Source: an uncultured delta proteobacterium
GTDB taxonomy: Bacteria > Desulfobacterota > Desulfomonilia > UBA1062
Length of the DNA stretch: 64,000 nt
Assembly: GCA_963752595.1 (NCBI GenBank)
Contig: CAVVYZ010000023.1
Location: 1 to 64,000, forward strand
Direction of reading: 5' to 3'
How positions within the stretch are numbered: the stretch's first letter is position 1; each line of letters begins with the position of its first letter. This document shows, in pieces, positions 58,939-64,000 of this stretch. A program made the translations under genes and the position numbers. Under the pieces are notes generated by a model, which saw only the letters and a program-made list of their open reading frames with translations, ran no database searches and was not told the origin of the DNA.

Positions 58939-60051
58939 TTAATAGATTTTTCTCTTTTTGATTTCGATTATTTTCCCTTCAAGTAAAGCTCTTTTATCAT
59001 CCAATTCAACCTTCCCATACCGATATACTGATTGAACGCTGGCATGTCCTGTCGCTATCTTAACTTGTTCAGGAGAATATTGCTTCATCATCTTTGTAAC
59101 CGTTGAATGCTTTGTTCCTGAATATAGGTTAATCTGAACGCCCGTTTCCTTACAAGCCTCATTCCAAAGCCGGCGTACTATGTCCTTAGTGTATCTCTTA
59201 TGAGGATGATTTGATTCTTTGCAGTTGAAAACAAAGGGGCTAAAGGGATAATCGGTTGCCATGCTTTCAAGGATCTCCACAAAATCTGATACAAGAGGGA
59301 CCTCGTGAATCTTTTTATCTTTTGTGTATACTACTTCCTCACCGCCTGAAATTCCTCTTTGAACAATGAAAGCCTTTTTATTGGGTCATAATCCTGTTTC
59401 ATGAGCATCATGGCTGAACTTGGCCTTATCTCAGGATGATATTTAAGCAACCAGAAGATCGGCTGATGTTTTGTTTCAATAGCTTTAATAATTTTAATCT
59501 GGATTTCTTCTGTAACAGCCTTTGGTATTGGATCAACAATTTTATATTCTCGTCGCTTAAGGGGAAGGGGAGGGAATCTATTAGCTCAGATCTCCAAGCA
59601 TAATCCATTGCTGATGAAAGACTATCTATAACTTTTTTACGAGTGTTCGGAGTAATCTCTTTTTTGTCGAGCTCGTTCTTGAGCTGCTTTATGACTTTGA
59701 GTTTCACTTCATGAAGCTGGTATTGATACTTGATGAAGAAAGGCTCTAGGTGGTTATTAACATACCCCAAATAGTTTTTATAAGTGCCGGGAGACCAATC
59801 TCCTTTACATTCATCCAACCATTCACGCAAAAATTGAACTACATTTGAATCTCCATGATAATATTTTCTCGGATTAAAAACACCCCGTTCGACATCACCT
59901 TGCATCTGATGGAGGCATTTTTCAGCGTCCTCTTTAGTTCTCATCCTTAATCCACGATAGAATGAGACCTCATACCGTTCGCCTTCATAAAAGAATTTGA
60001 ATAGAACCAGGTTTTCTTTACTCCATGACGTTGATGGATGCTCCCCTTCAT
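58939..60051 (-). CDS. Tyrosine recombinase / integrase (frameshifted)
   Basis: Arm-binding-like start MKGSIHQR, SPGTYKNY core domain, C-terminal YSGTKHS and TGHASVQSVYRY. Confidence 0.88.
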
Positions 60052-60213
60052 ACAGGTCTCCAAATTATCACAATAGCTGTTATGGTAAACCTGTTTTTTG
60101 TGGAGGTCAATTGCATCGTGGAAGCCCTTATATTTAAACCTTTTTTAAAATTACACTTGAAGTCCGTTAATAGACGATCTTTTCCTTTTTCAAATTTTTC
60201 TTTGTTCTAAAAT

Positions 60214-61294
60214 CTAAGGATTAAAAGGAATATCAGTACTTTCTATTATCAGTCTGTGGTTATTGAGCCACTGATAGGGATTTTTCACAAAGAAATACAT
60301 GGTCCTTCTATCTCTTACCCCTGTAGCTCTTCTAGTTGCCTTTGAAGTATATAAAAAGCCCTCTCAGTCATAGGATAGGTTACTTTGGCAGAAAAAGGGA
60401 TTTTACCACCTTTACCCCATACATTACCCAGATCTGCATCATAATCTTCAAGGTCTTCTTTCCCGAGATACTTGCCAGCATAGCCCATTATCCCATTTTC
60501 ACTTTTAATGGTTTCAACCCTTGTTCCTGCTAATAGATGTTTATCAACTCCAGAGCTGACAACATTGAACCATATTGTTGCGATCAACTTACGGGCATCT
60601 TCATAAGGTACTCCCCACAGAAAGAAGTGATAGTGAGGAGCTATCTCACCTTTATGAATTCCAGACTTCCTTTTCTTTATTTCTAAACGCCATATGTAAC
60701 CGAGATAGGGGTATTCTCTTTTTAAACGCCTGAAGAACTCCTTTATGTGAGCCTTGCTTTCTTTTGGACTTGGGATTTTTTCATCAGGATATGTCAGCGT
60801 TACAAATATAGGTTTTTTATTTCTCTTAACCATTGCCATCATGAGCATTAAACCTTTTCGACTTTGTCTTGAAAACCTCTTTCTTATCGCACCAGCCATG
60901 AATCATCTCCTTTTTTAAACACTAAAACTTTCACTATACCGTTGTCATACTGGATCACCTCTTTGACGGATTTTCTCCTTCCCTTGGTTTCCTTGAAGAT
61001 TATCAATCTGCCTTCAGGATAGTAATCTATGACTATGAGATTATTACCTTTTACATTTATTCTTCTAGGTATATGCTTATGGTTTGATGGATGATTTGTT
61101 TCATAGGTATGTGTTCTTGAATTAACATAGGACAAGCCCCTGGCACCTTCGGTGCCTCTGCCGCTTGCGCTCGCTTGCTCCCCTCCCATAGTTCGCCGCT
61201 CGCTTGCGGCAGGGTCATCAGGTTCAATCTCAGAAAGTGGTCTTATTGGATATGCGTTTTCAAAAAGATTAAGTTGTTTTGGTTGTTTTGCCAT
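60214..61294 (-). CDS. HUH rolling-circle replication initiator (probably one frameshifted gene)
   Basis: Motif I FVTLTYP, WRLE, motif II PHYHF, motif III YAGKYLGK. Confidence 0.82.
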
Positions 61295-61393
61295 ATGGGG
61301 CTTTTCCCTCTCTTTGAGAGAGCCCCACTTGACTCTTTAGCTATAGAAATATACATTTATACAGCTGAGTAAGCCGAAAGGCCCTCATGCTCC

Positions 61394-61443
61394 AAAAGGC
61401 CAGGCATTGCGTCTCGCCAAAGTCCGATGCCTGGCTTTTCCTT
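61394..61443. terminator. Intrinsic terminator-like hairpin
   Basis: aaaaggccaggcat / atgcctggctttt. Confidence 0.65.
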
Positions 61444-61445
61444 TA

Positions 61446-61856
61446 ATTAATTCTTATTTTTTTTCACGCGTGCCATATAAAGCCCTTTTTCTTTGTCATA
61501 ACTTTCATCATCTATTCTATATTCTTCTTCCCTCTTTATTCTCATTTCTTCTTTTATCTTTTCAACATCTTCGGCAGGGGATATAAATGTAAGCCCCGTG
61601 GGTTCGATTTAGGAGAACACGTAGGGCATGTGTTAATTTACTATCTTGATCATCATAACTAAACCTATAGGCCCTTATACGTTTCTCTTTTCTTCAAGTT
61701 GATGATATAGGCTCTGCTCACATCTAGCCTTCCAGCAGCCCCACCAGGAGAAACCACTTGCCCTTCAAATTCTTCACACACTTGATTAAACTCATCAAAC
61801 GAGTTTAATTTAATTGTTCCACCCTCACATGATTTGAAGTTTTTTTTCTTATCCAT
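61446..61856 (-). CDS. Putative HTH DNA-binding protein (frameshifted)
   Basis: VVSPGGAAGRLDVSRAYI resembles an excisionase/MerR-like HTH. Confidence 0.55.
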
Positions 61857-61898
61857 GACTTATGTTCCTTTCGTCTTTAGGATATCTACTAAACAAGA

Positions 61899-61937
61899 GT
61901 TAGTAACATAGGTTAGTAACATATGTTAACAACATAG
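61899..61937. repeat. Three tandem 13-bp direct repeats
   Basis: gttagtaacatag gttagtaacatat gttaacaacatag. Confidence 0.85.
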
Positions 61938-62283
61938 ATCAAGTATAAAAATGTGATGATCTCTACGCTTCACTCCCCCGGCTCCCCACAGGTCCGCCGA
62001 CCCTCCCTTCGTCCTCTTTTCCTGACTGCCGAAAGACTGACCCCTCTGGGCCTCCATTGTGCCTTCATTACATTACGGCACAACAGAACCTAGGCCCTGG
62101 GAAGCTATCCGGGGTCTCGGCGGTCAGAGAGGAGTATGGGGTAGCGTTCAGCTACGCTACGAGAAGATAGCTTCAATGAAATCTATAAACGCAAGAATAA
62201 TGAATTATTCAGCCTCAAAGTAGATCATTTAATTATAATATGATATTAAATCCTTAGACCGCTTCTAAAGAGAGGGTATAAAT

Positions 62284-63303
62284 ATGAAAAGGAACTCAAA
62301 TAATAATATAATTTTTACAATTTTAATTTCTTTTATTATCCTGAATTATTTACCCATTAAAGCAGAAGCAGATGAGAACCCTCAAGAACAAAAAATATTG
62401 GTTCTGGAAAATAGATTAAAAATAAACACAGAGTCTCTTGATGCGGTTAGAAGAGATCAGCTTAATTATAATATAGAAAAAAATTTGTTAAAAGAAGCAT
62501 ACGCTTCAAACATGCAAACAATTAACCTTATTATAGCTCTAATACTTGGTTCATTAACAATCCTTGGATATGCTGGAGTAAGAAGTATCAATTCAATCAA
62601 GAAAGATTTTAAAGGAGAGTTAGATAATTTAATTTTATTAAGAAGTGAGTTTGACTTGAAAATGAGAGATGTTGATGATCAACTTTTAAACGCAAAGAAA
62701 AGATACGATGAATTAGCTCAAGTAAACGAAAAGCAGGATAAACGCCTTCAAATTCTAGAAATTCAAGAGAAATCAGCTGCGCTTATAAAAGAGAAGAACT
62801 TTTCAAATGCCCTAAGATACATCGATATTGGCCTTAGCCTTTCTAGTCATGATATTAGTTTTCTATCAATGAAAGCATTATGTCTATTATGTCTAAAAAG
62901 GTTTGATGAATGCATCTTTGCCTATGAAATTTTATTATCACAAGACTCAAACAATATTAGTGCTATCACAAACTTAATTGAGCTTTATTTACTTACAGGA
63001 AAGCGGGAAAAATCTAGTTTCTTATGCAGGTGCATTTGCCAATACTCAGTTCCATTTATGGCCCTTATTTTTCATGGTACATATCTGCACTTGATCACTT
63101 CCTATCAGGAAACGAAGAGGATTTGAAAAAATTGTTGATGCATCATCCTGTAGATGTTCCTGAATCAAAATCTCCACGTATAAATAACTGGACCTATGGT
63201 GACGCTCTCTATATTTATAAACCGTATGTCCAATAAACCGGGATATAAAGCTATGTTAGGTGCATACTTTCTTAGAAGGTAAGCTATCTCTCGAAGAATT
63301 TAA
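62284..63303 (+). CDS. Membrane-anchored coiled-coil/TPR protein (frameshifted; 3' end uncertain)
   Basis: Signal-like N-terminus, TM IIALILGSLTILGYAGV, coiled coil, TPR-like helices. Confidence 0.7.
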
Positions 63304-63410
63304 CAGAGAAATTCGCTGACATACATTACGGTTCAACCAAACGAACTGGCGCTTACGGCGAAGTCCGTAATCTAACTTAATCACTAATCATCAACACATT
63401 CGAAACACAG

Positions 63411-63433
63411 AATGTTCGCGGAATGTTCGCGGG
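63411..63433 (+). repeat. Candidate integrase arm-type sites (right)
   Basis: aatgttcgcgg-aatgttcgcggg. Confidence 0.75.
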
Positions 63434-63570
63434 TACCTGTAGAACAAGGCCTGATGCTGGTGTAAACAGGTTCAAATCCTGTGTGGCAAAGGAATAATGG
63501 ATCAAAATTTAAGAGAACGAGTGACTTTACCCAAAGGGTGGAGTCACAATGTTTTGTTTTGTCTTTGAAT

Positions 63571-63756
63571 CCCCATTGAAACAGGTGAGGAGCGGAGGGG
63601 AAATTTGGGGAAACAGCGGCGTTTGTCTGAGCGGAGTGAAACGGAGCGAGTTTAGCCGCGGCCCAAATTTTCCCGAGCACCGCAGCGGACCCCGCAGGGG
63701 CTGTTTCACTTGGGGTGCCCTTTTTCGGTTCCTTTTTTGGGCAAGCAAAAAGGAAC
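63571..63756. repeat. GC-rich nested palindromic element
   Basis: ccccattgaaacag/ctgtttcacttgggg, gggaaatttggg/cccaaattttccc, gttccttttttg/caaaaaggaac. Confidence 0.6.
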
Positions 63757-63923
63757 AAAAGCTTATTTTGAGTTGGCCGAAAGCAAGCTTTATTATCGTA
63801 AATAAAACAGCTTTTTAGTTTGGGGAAACCCAGAAATAACCCAATGCTATAATCTAATGTTTTCCTGGACTGTGTCGTACAGTAAATGGTTGCAAATCCC
63901 ATGCGCAAAAAGGTCCAACTATT

Positions 63924-64000
63924 ATGATTGATATGCAACAGATGAATGTCCTTATCGTCGATGACATGGAGAACATGTGCAAAGCGATTAGGGGGATGCT
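63924..64000 (+). CDS. Response regulator, 5' end
   Basis: MNVLIVDDMENMCKAIRGM. Confidence 0.75.
   Translation, partial: MIDMQQMNVLIVDDMENMCKAIRGM

Larger units (their letters stand above)
57131..63487. mobile_element. Small integrative element with rolling-circle Rep, integrated in tRNA-Val
   Basis: Direct repeats acaggttcaaatcctgtg(c/t)ggc at 57131-57152 and 63466-63487; AT-rich interior; integrase and Rep genes. Confidence 0.9.

Noticed and set aside
57131-63487. Complete filamentous or tailed prophage
   Set aside because: No Zot-like ATPase, coat, capsid, terminase or tail ORFs are recognisable
63384-63938. 184-aa minus-strand ORF across attR
   Set aside because: It spans the att site and the palindromic repeat and has no protein-like motifs
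1-64000. Dozens of frameshifts read as pseudogenes or programmed frameshifting
   Set aside because: They hit essential genes (tmk, lptFG) as well as others, leave catalytic motifs intact and cluster regionally; long-read consensus error is the simplest explanation

Overview
GC-rich chromosomal segment whose gene content and order suggest an anaerobic deltaproteobacterium (inference). Many conserved genes are split by single-base indels, a pattern typical of an unpolished long-read consensus, so many CDS boundaries are reconstructed by hand. In order: anaerobic ribonucleotide reductase (nrdD, nrdG), endonuclease V, two hybrid histidine kinases, a MoxR/DUF58/transglutaminase trio, lptFG, ppdK, tmk, moaC and a DAHP synthase gene under an unannotated Tyr/Phe leader-peptide attenuator. 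Next is a ~20 kb minus-strand anaerobic cobalamin biosynthesis and cobalt uptake cluster with two B12 riboswitches. The second riboswitch controls a 36-aa peptide plus radical SAM/SPASM enzyme pair (CbpA/CbpB-like). Then come aroC-aroKB-aroQ-pepP-efp-accB, an acyl-CoA synthetase, a sensor kinase, an ArnT-like glycosyltransferase and tRNA-Val(CAC). An AT-rich ~6.3 kb element is integrated in the tRNA 3' end. It encodes a tyrosine integrase, an HUH rolling-circle Rep and candidate defence cargo (HEPN-motif protein; a Cas2/VapD-like small protein coupled to a PIN nuclease; a membrane TPR protein) but no virion or conjugation genes. The best leads are this element and its cargo, the B12-regulated peptide/rSAM system, and the apparently leaderless aromatic attenuator.
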